From Burkholderiaceae bacterium (lineage in GTDB: Bacteria; Pseudomonadota; Gammaproteobacteria; Burkholderiales; Burkholderiaceae_C), in NCBI GenBank assembly GCA_004322085.1, contig SCRR01000397.1, positions 1,344-65,343 of the forward strand: a stretch of 64,000 nucleotides of DNA, in the 5' to 3' direction. Positions 47,369 to 57,013 of this stretch are shown here, piece by piece. The notes below the pieces were generated by a model. The model was not told the DNA's origin, made no database searches, and saw only the letters and a program-made list of their open reading frames with translations. Position 1 is the first letter of the stretch, and every line of letters starts with the position of its first letter. The translations under genes and the position numbers were made by a program.

Positions 47369-48678
47369 AGGTTGGCGTTGTCGGCGCGGGCTGGGCCGGT
47401 TTAAGCGCCGCATTTCGCCTGGATCGCGCCGGTCACAAGGTTACGGTGTTCGACGCGACACGTACGCCTGGTGGCCGGGCACGGCGCCTGCACTCTACGC
47501 GCCTGGATGCTGATATCGACAACGGCCAGCATATTCTGTCCGGCGCCTATTCCGAAACACTGAGCCTCATCGACGAACTGGGCCTGGACAGAGCATCGGT
47601 GCTGTTCGATCAGCCGCTCACGCTGCTCAGTGCCGACGGCCGCTTCGGCCTGCAGGCGGCGGCATTGCCGGCGCCGCTGCATCTGGCCTCAGCGGTCATG
47701 ACCGCTCGCGGGCTGTCATGGCGTGACAAATGGCGGCTTGTCCGAACCATGCAGCGCCTGCACGCCCGGCAGTGGACTATCGACACGGGTCTCACCGTGC
47801 TCGAATGGCTGAAAGCGGAGCACCAGTCGGACCATATCATCCGTTATTTCTGGCGCCCCGTATGCCTGGCAGCACTGAATACCCCAATTGATCTTGCCGG
47901 CGCACAGTTGCTGGCCACGGTGTTGCGCGACAGCCTGGGCGCAACCACGCGCGCGTCACACCTGCTGATTCCGCGTGTAGACCTATCCCAACTCTGGCCA
48001 GAACACCTGCCCTCCTCCATCGCAATTCACCACGGGCTTGCCGTGCGCCACGTGGCAAGCACCGCAACGCACGTCGACATGTGTGACGAACGATTCGACG
48101 CTGTTGTCATCGCAGCCAGCGCACCATCCACGGCACGTCTGCTTCGCTGCCTGCCACAATCCGCGGCAGGCAGCCAGCTGCTTGCCCGCATCGCGGCATT
48201 TGAATACCGGCCCATTGCCACGCTTACGCTCAAGACCGAACATCCATGGGGCCTGCCCCATGCCATGCTGATGCTTGACGACACGCCCGAGCGGCTGCAT
48301 TTCGGGCAGTGGCTGTTCGACCGCAGCGTTTTCTCACTGGACAGCAGCCAGCCACCCATGCTTTGCGTCGTGGCCAGTGATGCGCGTGAACTCACGAAGC
48401 ATAAGCGCGAAGACGTGGCCGCCGCGATAATCGAACAGGTTACCGAGCAGACTGTCCGTTTCGCCCCAATGCCCACGATCACCGCGTACGAACTGGTCAT
48501 CGAAAAACATGCGACCTTTGCCGCGCTGCCAGACATGCAGCGCCCTGGCAACGCCACGCCCTGGTCCCGAATCTGGATCGCCGGAGACTGGACCGATACA
48601 GGTTATCCGGCCGTGCTGGAGGGCGCCGTACGCAGCGGAAGGTCGGCGGCAGAACTCATCATGCAAAAGCACCCGTAA
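47365..48678 (+). CDS. hpnE: Hydroxysqualene dehydroxylase HpnE (FAD-dependent amine-oxidase-like)
   Basis: 437 aa. N-terminal VGAGWAGLSAA dinucleotide-binding motif. Third gene of the hpnCDE operon. Confidence 0.85.
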   Translation: MKVGVVGAGWAGLSAAFRLDRAGHKVTVFDATRTPGGRARRLHSTRLDADIDNGQHILSGAYSETLSLIDELGLDRASVLFDQPLTLLSADGRFGLQAAALPAPLHLASAVMTARGLSWRDKWRLVRTMQRLHARQWTIDTGLTVLEWLKAEHQSDHIIRYFWRPVCLAALNTPIDLAGAQLLATVLRDSLGATTRASHLLIPRVDLSQLWPEHLPSSIAIHHGLAVRHVASTATHVDMCDERFDAVVIAASAPSTARLLRCLPQSAAGSQLLARIAAFEYRPIATLTLKTEHPWGLPHAMLMLDDTPERLHFGQWLFDRSVFSLDSSQPPMLCVVASDARELTKHKREDVAAAIIEQVTEQTVRFAPMPTITAYELVIEKHATFAALPDMQRPGNATPWSRIWIAGDWTDTGYPAVLEGAVRSGRSAAELIMQKHP

Positions 48679-48708
48679 CGCGCTTCACGCCCACTATCGT
48701 GCCAGTGG

Positions 48709-49092
48709 CTAGCGCAACGCGTGCACCGTGGCCAGACCAAGTGCGGTCAGCGCCAGCGTACCAAGGACGCTGACCCCGCCATAACCCAGCGCCGACGCAT
48801 ATTCGCCGCGTTCCAGCATGCCCACGACTTCAGCGGAAAATGTCGAAAACGTGGTCAGTCCACCCAGAAAACCGGTCGTCACAAACAACTTGATCCAGTC
48901 GGGCACTGTCGGATAAAGCAGGAACGCGCCCAGCGCTACGCCAATGACATAGCCGCCGATGAAATTGGCCGCAAGCGTGCCCCATGGCAAAAGTACGCCA
49001 CTGTGGTTCAGCCAGAACCCCAGTATCCAGCGGAAGATGGCACCGAGTGCGGCACCAAAACCCACAGCAAAGAAATGACCCACAGTGAACAT
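48709..49092 (-). CDS. crcB: Fluoride ion channel CrcB/FluC
   Basis: About 127 aa, 4 TM helices, GGLTTFSTFS motif. ATG at 49092 has an AAGG RBS 9 nt upstream. An alternative TTG start is at 49101. Confidence 0.88.
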   Translation of the reverse strand: MFTVGHFFAVGFGAALGAIFRWILGFWLNHSGVLLPWGTLAANFIGGYVIGVALGAFLLYPTVPDWIKLFVTTGFLGGLTTFSTFSAEVVGMLERGEYASALGYGGVSVLGTLALTALGLATVHALR

Positions 49093-49110
49093 AAAGTTCA
49101 ACCTTAGTTG

Positions 49111-50517
49111 TCAGGCGGCATGCTGCTCGATATAACGGCGCACCTGTTGCGCATCACAATCCATGACTTCAACACGCTGTGCCAGGCTGGCCAGACTGCG
49201 CAAGTGCGCAGGCGGCTCGGCTGGTACACCAATGGCTTCTTCGATAGTCTTGCTGAACTTCGCCGGCAAGGCTGTTTCCAGCACCAGCATGGGAATGCCC
49301 GATTCGACATAGTGTGCCGCAACCTTGACGCCATCGGCCGTATGCGGGTCAATCAACACACCCGTCGCTTCGTACGTCGAACGTATCGTCCGCAGGCGAT
49401 CGGCGTGCGTGCTCGACCCGCTGACGAAGCCATAACGCGATTCGAACTGTGGACGCATATGGCTCAGGTCGAATTCGCCACGGCGGCCAAGCTGCTCCCA
49501 TAACTCGCGCAATTTACCCGAATCCTGCCCCACAAGATCGAACACGAACCGCTCAAAATTCGAAGCGCGGGAGATATCCATAGAGGGGCTGGACGTGGCT
49601 TGCGTCTGTTCCGCAGAGCGCGGCCGATAGATCCCCGTTCGAAAAAATTCCTCAAGCACGTTGTTTTCGTTCGTGGCCAGCACCAGCCGCCGCACCGGCA
49701 GCCCCATGGAGCGGGCTATATGGCCGGAAAGAATATTGCCAAAATTGCCCGACGGTACCGCAAACGAAACCTGCTCGCCGGGGCCATGCGTCACGCGCAG
49801 CCACCCCCAGAAGTAATACACGATTTGCGCGGCGATGCGCGCCCAGTTGATGGAATTTACTGCACCAAGATGATGGCTGGCCTTGAAATCCAGGTCGCCG
49901 GAGAGCTTCTTGACGATATCCTGGCACTCGTCGAATACACCCCGCAACGCCAGGTTGTGAATATTGGCATCCTGCAGCGAATACATCTGGGCACGCTGGA
50001 AGTCGCTCATGCGACCGTACGGGGACAGCATGAAAACCGAAATCCCGCGCTTGCCACGCAGCGCATACTCGGCTGCCGAGCCGGTGTCGCCCGACGTGGC
50101 CCCCAGAATATTGAGTGTGGCGTTTCGCTGCGTCAGAACATATTCGAACACATGCCCCAGAAACTGCATGGCAATGTCCTTGAACGCCAGGGTCGGTCCC
50201 TGCGAAAGACCGAGCAAGGTCAACCCGTCATTCAACGGCTTGAGCGGTACGATCTCGGCCGCGCCAAACACATCGGGCCGATAGACCTGACGAACCAGAC
50301 GGCTTAATTCGGCTCGTGGAATATCATCAATATACAGGCCCAGAACTTCAGCAGCCAACCCTGGATAATCAAGTGCACGCCACGATTCCAGCTGTTGCGT
50401 ATCAACGTGCGGAAAGGATTCGGGCAGGGTCAGCCCGCCATCGGGCGCCAGGCCTTCCAGCAAAATGTCCGAAAAAGGCAGCGCGGCCATTCCGCCGCGT
50501 GTAGAACGATATTTCAT
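49111..50517 (-). CDS. thrC: Threonine synthase
   Basis: 468 aa. PLP-lysine region GPTLAFKDIAMQ. Overlaps the hom stop by 4 nt. Confidence 0.92.
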   Translation of the reverse strand: MKYRSTRGGMAALPFSDILLEGLAPDGGLTLPESFPHVDTQQLESWRALDYPGLAAEVLGLYIDDIPRAELSRLVRQVYRPDVFGAAEIVPLKPLNDGLTLLGLSQGPTLAFKDIAMQFLGHVFEYVLTQRNATLNILGATSGDTGSAAEYALRGKRGISVFMLSPYGRMSDFQRAQMYSLQDANIHNLALRGVFDECQDIVKKLSGDLDFKASHHLGAVNSINWARIAAQIVYYFWGWLRVTHGPGEQVSFAVPSGNFGNILSGHIARSMGLPVRRLVLATNENNVLEEFFRTGIYRPRSAEQTQATSSPSMDISRASNFERFVFDLVGQDSGKLRELWEQLGRRGEFDLSHMRPQFESRYGFVSGSSTHADRLRTIRSTYEATGVLIDPHTADGVKVAAHYVESGIPMLVLETALPAKFSKTIEEAIGVPAEPPAHLRSLASLAQRVEVMDCDAQQVRRYIEQHAA

Positions 50518-51824
50518 AGAAGGCTTTCCACCCGCAGACGGGTAACTTTGGACTTGACGAAGGGTAGTGTCTGAATTTTTTGAATGGCCCGATCGACGTC
50601 GCCTTCGCGTGCCTGATGCGATAAGAAAATAATGTCGGCATCGTTTACGCCATGCGGCTCCTGGAACATCGAGCCAATGGAAATATCGGAATCAGCCAGA
50701 ATACGTGCCAGATCTGCCAGCACGCCAGGACGGTCTTCGACCCGCAAACGCAGGTAATACGAAGAAATCACGTCGGACATCGGCAGAATGGGCGTATTGA
50801 CCATCGCGTCGGGCTGAAACGCCAGATAAGGCACCCGATGCTCGGGATCTGCCGCCTGCAGGCGCGTAACATCCACCAGATCGGCCACCACCGCCGAAGC
50901 CGTGGGCAATTCACCAGCACCTTGCCCGTAATAAAGCGTGCCGCCCACGGCATCGCCATAAACCTGCACGGCATTCATGGCGCCTTCGACGTTGGCCAGA
51001 ACACGCTCGACGGGAATCAGCGTCGGATGCACGCGCAACTCGATGCCTTCTTTGCGGTAGCGGGTAATACCCAGTAATTTGATGCGGTAGCCCAGGCGTT
51101 CAGCGTGAGCAATGTCTTCACTTGCCAAGTCCGAAATGCCTTCAACGTGAGCCTTGTCGAACTGCACGGGTATGCCAAAGGCCAGCGACGCAAGCAACGT
51201 AAGCTTGTGCGCAGCATCCACCCCCTCGACGTCGAACGTCGGGTCGGTTTCCGCATAACCCAGACGCTGGGCATCGGACAGTGCCTCGGCAAACGAGACG
51301 CCGCGCGAGCGCATCTCGGAGAGGATAAAGTTGGTCGTACCATTGATGATGCCGGCCAGCCACTGTATGCGATTGGCCGTAAGCCCCTCGCGAATTGCCT
51401 TGACGATGGGGATACCGCCCGCCACGGCGGCCTCGAACCCCACCATCAGCCCCCTGGACGACGCCAACGCAAAAATCTCGTTGCCGTGCATCGCCAGCAA
51501 CGCCTTATTCGCGGTGACCACGTGCTTGCCCTGGCGAAGCGCTTCCATGACCCACTCGCGCGCCAGGGTATCGCCACCGATCAGCTCTACGACGATGTCG
51601 ATGTCTGGCCGGCGCACAAGTTCCATGCCGTCGCGGGTAATGAAAACGTCCGGGCCTACAAGCTTTCTGGCTTTCTCGACGTCGCGTACCGCGATGGCCA
51701 CCACCTTGATGTGGTGGCCGGCACGGCGCGCAATTTCCTCGGCATTGCGGGCCAGCACTTTCCATGTGCCACCCCCCACGACCCCAAGGCCGAGCAGGCC
51801 AACACGCACAAGGCTGCCGCTCAT
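50514..51824 (-). CDS. hom: Homoserine dehydrogenase
   Basis: 436 aa. Rossmann motif [11 protein letters not shown], catalytic domain and C-terminal ACT domain. Confidence 0.92.
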   Translation of the reverse strand: MSGSLVRVGLLGLGVVGGGTWKVLARNAEEIARRAGHHIKVVAIAVRDVEKARKLVGPDVFITRDGMELVRRPDIDIVVELIGGDTLAREWVMEALRQGKHVVTANKALLAMHGNEIFALASSRGLMVGFEAAVAGGIPIVKAIREGLTANRIQWLAGIINGTTNFILSEMRSRGVSFAEALSDAQRLGYAETDPTFDVEGVDAAHKLTLLASLAFGIPVQFDKAHVEGISDLASEDIAHAERLGYRIKLLGITRYRKEGIELRVHPTLIPVERVLANVEGAMNAVQVYGDAVGGTLYYGQGAGELPTASAVVADLVDVTRLQAADPEHRVPYLAFQPDAMVNTPILPMSDVISSYYLRLRVEDRPGVLADLARILADSDISIGSMFQEPHGVNDADIIFLSHQAREGDVDRAIQKIQTLPFVKSKVTRLRVESLL

Positions 51825-53008
51825 TTGACCAATCCGTCCTTGCGAAACATCTCTTTGACGCCACGCACAGCCTGGCGTGTGCGCTGTTCATTTTCTATCA
51901 TGGCAAACCGCACATAGCCATCGCCCAAATCGCCAAAGCCGACGCCAGGCGAGACGGCAACCTTGGCATCATTGAGTAATTTCTTGGCAAATTCCAGTGA
52001 ACCCATCTCCTGATAGAAATCGGGAATTTTCGCCCAGATATACATGGAGGCCTTGGGTACATCAACCATCCACCCTGCTTCGTGCAGGCCTTTGACCAGA
52101 ACATCACGGCGGTTGCGGTACTGCTCGACCACGCGCGCCACGCATTCCTGAGGCCCCTCCAGTGCAGCGATGGCCGCTACCTGGATGGGAGTGAACATGC
52201 CATAGTCATGGTAGCTTTTGATGCGCGCCAACGCATTGACCAGCTCACGGTTACCCACCATGAAGCCAACGCGCCAGCCCGCCATGTTATAGCTCTTGCT
52301 CATGGTGAAGAATTCAACGGCCACATCGCGCGCGCCTTCGACCTGCATGATGGACGGCGCCACGTAGCCGTCGAACGTGATGTCGGCGTACGCCAGATCG
52401 TGGACAACCAGGATACCGTGCTCTTTGGCCAGCGCCACGATGCGCTCGAAGAACGACAGCTCCACACATTGTGCCGTCGGGTTGCTGGGAAAACCCAGAA
52501 TCATCATCTTGGGCTTAGGAATGCTTTCACGAACCGCGCGCTCGATTTCCGCGAAGAAATCCACACCCGGCGCCATGGGCACCGAGCGGATGTTTGCTCC
52601 GGCAATGACGGCACCATAAATATGGATGGGGTAGCTCGGGTTAGGCACCAGAACCGTATCGCCACGATCGAGCGTCGCCAGCATGAGGTGCGCCAGCCCT
52701 TCCTTTGAGCCTATAGTCACAATAGCTTCAGCGTCGGGATCAAAATGCACGCCATAACGTCGCTCATACCATCCCGTTATGGCCTTGCGCAACCGCGGGA
52801 TGCCCCTGGAAACCGAATAACCATGAGTATCGAGCCTACCTGCGACTTCGATGAGCTTGTCGACAATATGCTTGGGCGTGGGCCCGTCCGGGTTTCCCAT
52901 GGACATGTCGATGATATCTTCACCACGCCGTCGCGCCGCCATTTTCAATTCGCCAGTGATATTGAAAACGTAAGGCGGCAATCGCTCTATACGGGGAAAA
53001 CTCGTCAT
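51821..53008 (-). CDS. PLP-dependent aminotransferase class I/II (AlaC-like)
   Basis: Start at [15 protein letters not shown] with an AAGGA RBS. PLP-lysine motif [12 protein letters not shown]. Heads the aminotransferase-hom-thrC operon. Confidence 0.85.
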   Translation of the reverse strand: MTSFPRIERLPPYVFNITGELKMAARRRGEDIIDMSMGNPDGPTPKHIVDKLIEVAGRLDTHGYSVSRGIPRLRKAITGWYERRYGVHFDPDAEAIVTIGSKEGLAHLMLATLDRGDTVLVPNPSYPIHIYGAVIAGANIRSVPMAPGVDFFAEIERAVRESIPKPKMMILGFPSNPTAQCVELSFFERIVALAKEHGILVVHDLAYADITFDGYVAPSIMQVEGARDVAVEFFTMSKSYNMAGWRVGFMVGNRELVNALARIKSYHDYGMFTPIQVAAIAALEGPQECVARVVEQYRNRRDVLVKGLHEAGWMVDVPKASMYIWAKIPDFYQEMGSLEFAKKLLNDAKVAVSPGVGFGDLGDGYVRFAMIENEQRTRQAVRGVKEMFRKDGLVK

Positions 53009-53343
53009 CGTGAATCCTTGGAATAGGAAAAAACAGGCCAGATACCACGGCCGCGGCGCGCCCGCTGGTAGCCGCCAGAACGCAGTCAAAACAAAAGCAG
53101 GCGACACTGCGGCTGAAAATAGTTGCAGCGCAGCAAAACTGTAATCTAGCCGAAGTCAGGTCGCTCAGCAAATAACCTAACAGTTTAAACGATAGAAAAA
53201 GGCCGGAAAAGCACGAAATAAAAAATGCCGGTGCACCCGGACGCGTTGAATGGCACGCGCCAAAACGCGCGGAAGCCACCAAGGGCACGCCCTGCCAGCC
53301 ACTCAGGATTGCGCTATGATCAAACAGACTAGAGGAGCCATCA

Positions 53344-53784
53344 GTGCAACTGCAAGCCGAATCCATCCCAGCCCTGAACACGGTAACCGCCTACGGCAAC
53401 GATTACATCGAAATCAACGCCATCGCGTATCGACACGCTGTGTATTTTAGACCCGAGGGCGACATCCGGCTCTGGGAAGCGCGCGCGGTGTCAGACATCA
53501 GCGCGACGCAGCTGAAGGAAATCGCTGGCGTCAAAGAGGTGGCCGCCGACCCCATGGCATTCCTGGACGACGCCCCTGCCCAAAAATCGCCCGACGCCCC
53601 GGAAGTCATCCTGATCGGAACCGGCACCCGGCAGCAGTTCCTGCCGCGCAGCATCACGCAAGCACTGATCGACCTGGGTATCGGCGTAGAAGCCATGAGC
53701 ACCCAGGCCGCAGCGCGAACCTACAACATTCTCATGTCCGAAGGACGTCGTGTCATCGCCGCCCTTCTGCCTCTGGAACCATAA
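53344..53784 (+). CDS. Mth938-like (DUF498) domain protein
   Basis: 146 aa with a GTG start. Overall Mth938/NDUFAF3-like pattern recognised by eye (ITAYG...IEIN...VILIGTG). Confidence 0.65.
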   Translation: MQLQAESIPALNTVTAYGNDYIEINAIAYRHAVYFRPEGDIRLWEARAVSDISATQLKEIAGVKEVAADPMAFLDDAPAQKSPDAPEVILIGTGTRQQFLPRSITQALIDLGIGVEAMSTQAAARTYNILMSEGRRVIAALLPLEP

Positions 53785-53787
53785 ACT

Positions 53788-54255
53788 ATGAGTCAAATTT
53801 CCGTTGGGCAGCCACTGCCGGACTTCACCGCCAAAAGCACGCAAGGCGAAGTAAGTCCCGCGGCACTCAAAGGACGGTGGTGGGTGCTGTATTTTTATCC
53901 CAAGGACAACACCCCAGGCTGCACCACCGAGGCGCAGGGGTTTCGCGACCATTACAAGGATTTTCTCCTGGCAGAATGCACCGTCATCGGCGTGTCGCGC
54001 GATTCACTGAGGTCGCATGCAGGCTTCACCGAAAAACAAGAGCTGCCGTTCGCGCTCATCAGCGATGACACCGAAGCGCTCTGCACCCTGTTCGACGTCA
54101 TCAAAATGAAGAACATGTATGGCAAGCAGGTCAGGGGTATTGAGCGCAGCACCTTTCTGGTGAACCCAAAGGGAATACTGGTGCAGGAGTGGCGCAAGGT
54201 CAAGGTACCGGGCCACGTCGAAGCCGTCCTGCAAGCCCTTCTCGACCAGCACTAG
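53788..54255 (+). CDS. bcp: Peroxiredoxin Bcp (thiol peroxidase)
   Basis: 155 aa. Peroxidatic cysteine motif PKDNTPGCT. Confidence 0.9.
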   Translation: MSQISVGQPLPDFTAKSTQGEVSPAALKGRWWVLYFYPKDNTPGCTTEAQGFRDHYKDFLLAECTVIGVSRDSLRSHAGFTEKQELPFALISDDTEALCTLFDVIKMKNMYGKQVRGIERSTFLVNPKGILVQEWRKVKVPGHVEAVLQALLDQH

Positions 54256-54302
54256 TCCGGTTTCCGATTCGCCACAACACAACGCACAGGAGCACACACC
54301 GT

Positions 54303-55922
54303 ATGCCGCTACCCAAGCTGCCCACCCTCATGGGAGCGCTCGTTCGCACCGCTGACGCACAGTTCGAAGCCGACACCGATGCAACACGTCCCGCTGCCCC
54401 AGCTCCGGCCGCAAGGCAGGTGGTTCCGCCCGCGATTCCGGCGAGGCCGGCGGTTGAATCTCCGCGCCTGTCGGTGGTAAGCAGCCCACACGCCAAAAAG
54501 AAAACACGACTGCCTGTTGCGCGGCGCAAACTGTTTGTTCTGGATACCAACGTACTGCTGCACGACCCCAATTCGCTGTTCAAGTTCGAGGAGCACGACA
54601 TCTTCCTGCCCATGATCGTGCTCGAAGAACTCGATCATCAAAAGAAAGGCATGTCCGAAGTTTCGCGCAACGCGCGCCAGGTCAGCCGCTTTCTCGACGG
54701 CCTGGTCGGAAATTCCGGCAAACTGCAAAATGGGCTGGCGCTGGACACGCTGGGCAACGTGGAAGCCCTGGGTTCCTTGCACTTCCAGACTACTGCACTG
54801 CATTCAAAACTGCCGGTCGAACTGCCGCTGAGCAAAGCCGACAATGTCATTCTGAACGTCGTTCATGCCCTGCGCGAGGCTCAGCCAAAACGTCAAATCG
54901 CTTTGGTATCCAAAGACATCAACATGAGGCTCAAGGCTCTGTCTTTGGGGCTGCAGGCCGAAGACTACTTCAACGATCATGTCCTGGATGATTCCGATTT
55001 ACTGTATGACGGAGTCATGCCGCTGCCCGAAAATTTCTGGACCAAGCACGGCAAGGATGTCGAATCCTGGCAACAAGGCGGAACGACCTATTACCGAGTC
55101 AAGGGTCCACTCTGCTCGGAATTCATTGTCAATGAATTCGTCTACTTCGAGGGTGAACTGCCGCTCTACGCCCAGGTAAAGGAAGTTACCGGAAAAAGTG
55201 CCATCCTGGCCACGCTACGGGACTACAGTCACGGCAAAAACAATGTCTGGGGCATTACCGCCCGCAACCGCGAACAGAACTTCGCCCTGAACCTGCTCAT
55301 GAATCCCGATTGCGATTTCGTTTCGTTGCTGGGCCAGGCAGGTACGGGCAAAACACTACTGGCACTGGCCTCGGCTTTGACACAAACGCTCGAAACCAAG
55401 CGCTACAACGAAATCATCATTACCCGGGCAACCGTACCGGTAGGGGACGACATTGGTTTCCTGCCCGGAACCGAAGAAGAAAAAATGCTGCCATGGATGG
55501 GAGCCCTGGAAGACAACCTGGAAGTACTGCACCTGGGAAGTGCCAATAACGAAATCGCTGCCTCCGCCGGTAGCCAGGAATGGAGCAAGAACCCAACCAT
55601 GGAGCTCATCCGTTCGCGCATCAAGGTCAAATCCCTGAACTTCATGCGAGGCCGAACCTTTCTGAGTAAATTCCTGATTATCGACGAGGCCCAGAACCTT
55701 ACCCCCAAACAAATGAAAACTCTGGTGACCCGTGCCGGCCCCGGTACCAAAATCGTATGCCTGGGCAATATCGCGCAAATCGACACGCCCTATCTTACCG
55801 AGGGCAGCTCTGGCCTTGCCTACGTCGTGGATCGCTTCAAAGGATGGCCGCACGCCGGCCACATTACCCTGCAACGCGGCGAACGCTCACGCCTGGCCGA
55901 CTACGCCAGCGAAGCCCTGTAG
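54303..55922 (+). CDS. PIN-domain plus PhoH-like ATPase (YlaK family)
   Basis: Start at MPLPKLPTLM. PIN start at FVLDTNVLLHD. PhoH Walker A GQAGTGKTLL. Pro/Ala-rich N-terminal extension of about 75 aa. Confidence 0.85.
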   Translation: MPLPKLPTLMGALVRTADAQFEADTDATRPAAPAPAARQVVPPAIPARPAVESPRLSVVSSPHAKKKTRLPVARRKLFVLDTNVLLHDPNSLFKFEEHDIFLPMIVLEELDHQKKGMSEVSRNARQVSRFLDGLVGNSGKLQNGLALDTLGNVEALGSLHFQTTALHSKLPVELPLSKADNVILNVVHALREAQPKRQIALVSKDINMRLKALSLGLQAEDYFNDHVLDDSDLLYDGVMPLPENFWTKHGKDVESWQQGGTTYYRVKGPLCSEFIVNEFVYFEGELPLYAQVKEVTGKSAILATLRDYSHGKNNVWGITARNREQNFALNLLMNPDCDFVSLLGQAGTGKTLLALASALTQTLETKRYNEIIITRATVPVGDDIGFLPGTEEEKMLPWMGALEDNLEVLHLGSANNEIAASAGSQEWSKNPTMELIRSRIKVKSLNFMRGRTFLSKFLIIDEAQNLTPKQMKTLVTRAGPGTKIVCLGNIAQIDTPYLTEGSSGLAYVVDRFKGWPHAGHITLQRGERSRLADYASEAL

Positions 55923-55960
55923 CGGATCAGCGCGCACCAGTATTCGCGACAGGATTGTCC

Positions 55961-56971
55961 ATGAGTCCCAGCAGCCACCGCGATCCGCCGCCCATGGGCA
56001 TCACCATGGGCGACGCCGCGGGCATCGGACCTGAAATCATTGTGCAACTGTTCAGGCACGGCCTGCCCCAGCGCACCGTCGTGTACGGTGATGCCGGAAT
56101 TCTCGAAGCCACCATCACACGTCTGGGCCTGGGTGGGCAACTGAGCGTCCGGCAAATCGCATCACCTGAAACGGCCGACGCGACACCAGGCCTACTGCAG
56201 GTGCTCAACCGCTGGAAGCCTCTGCCTGCGAACCTACCGCCCGGACGGGTCAGTCCCCTTGCCGGTCAGGGATCGTACGAATATCTTTGCCACGCCATTG
56301 ACGATGCCAAACAGTCGCTTTTGCGCGCCATCGTGACGGCGCCACTGAACAAGGAGGCCATGCAGGCGGGCGGCGCCAACTACCCCGGCCACACTGAGAT
56401 CCTGGCCGAGCGCACCGGCACCAGCCACTACGCCATGATGCTGGCCAACCTCGAACTGCGCGTCATCCTTGTCACCATACACATGGCGCTTGCCAACGTA
56501 AGTGCCCACATCACGCTCGAATCCGAGCTAAACACCATACGTCTGGCCCGACTGGCCTGCCGGCAAGCAGGTATCACGGCCCCAAGGGTTGCCGTGGCAG
56601 GCCTGAACCCACACGCCGGGGAAAACGGCCGTTTCGGCAAGGAAGAGGTCACCGTCATCGCCCCTGCCATCGCGCAGGCGCGCGCAGAAGGCATAGACGC
56701 CAGCGGACCATGGCCCGGCGACACCGTATTCATGCGCGCACGCCAGGGCGAATTCGACATAGTCGTTGCGCAATACCACGATCAGGGGCTGATTCCGGTG
56801 AAATACCTGGGGGTCGACCACGGCGTGAATGTCACCGTGGGCCTGCCGTTCGTGCGCACCAGCGTCGACCACGGCACGGCATTCGACATTGCGGGCAAAG
56901 GAATCGCCGACTTCACCTCGTTACGCGCGGCCTACGACATGGCGCTGGCCATGACCCCACAATATTCCTGA
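55961..56971 (+). CDS. pdxA: PdxA-family NAD-dependent dehydrogenase (4-hydroxythreonine-4-phosphate dehydrogenase family; N-terminus resembles the PdxA2 subgroup)
   Basis: Start at MSPSSH. GITMGDAAGIGPEI N-terminal motif. HTE and HDQG-type metal/substrate motifs. Confidence 0.8.
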   Translation: MSPSSHRDPPPMGITMGDAAGIGPEIIVQLFRHGLPQRTVVYGDAGILEATITRLGLGGQLSVRQIASPETADATPGLLQVLNRWKPLPANLPPGRVSPLAGQGSYEYLCHAIDDAKQSLLRAIVTAPLNKEAMQAGGANYPGHTEILAERTGTSHYAMMLANLELRVILVTIHMALANVSAHITLESELNTIRLARLACRQAGITAPRVAVAGLNPHAGENGRFGKEEVTVIAPAIAQARAEGIDASGPWPGDTVFMRARQGEFDIVVAQYHDQGLIPVKYLGVDHGVNVTVGLPFVRTSVDHGTAFDIAGKGIADFTSLRAAYDMALAMTPQYS

Positions 56972-57013
56972 GATTCGCCCTTGCCGGCTGCCAGGCCCAG
57001 TCTCTGAACCTGC

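Noticed and set aside
53236-53343. Threonine-operon-style leader peptide
   Set aside because: The only short minus-strand ORF here (MAPLVCLIIAQS) has no Thr/Ile run, and it overlaps the start region of the divergent Mth938 gene.
55757-55960. N-terminal extensions implied by the ORF track (for example the pdxA-like ORF starting at 55757 inside the PhoH gene)
   Set aside because: The longest-ORF starts overlap upstream genes and add Arg/Pro-rich non-homologous sequence. Internal ATGs matching the conserved N-termini were used instead. The trimmed starts are pdxA 55961, PhoH 54303, radA 43513, permease 42123, kdkA 39622, dxs 63069, rplI 58923, rpsR 59212, aminotransferase 53008, hpnJ 20830, hpnN 13837, hpnM 13697, ispH 12874, hpnC 45639, yggX 36496 and GT4 27590.
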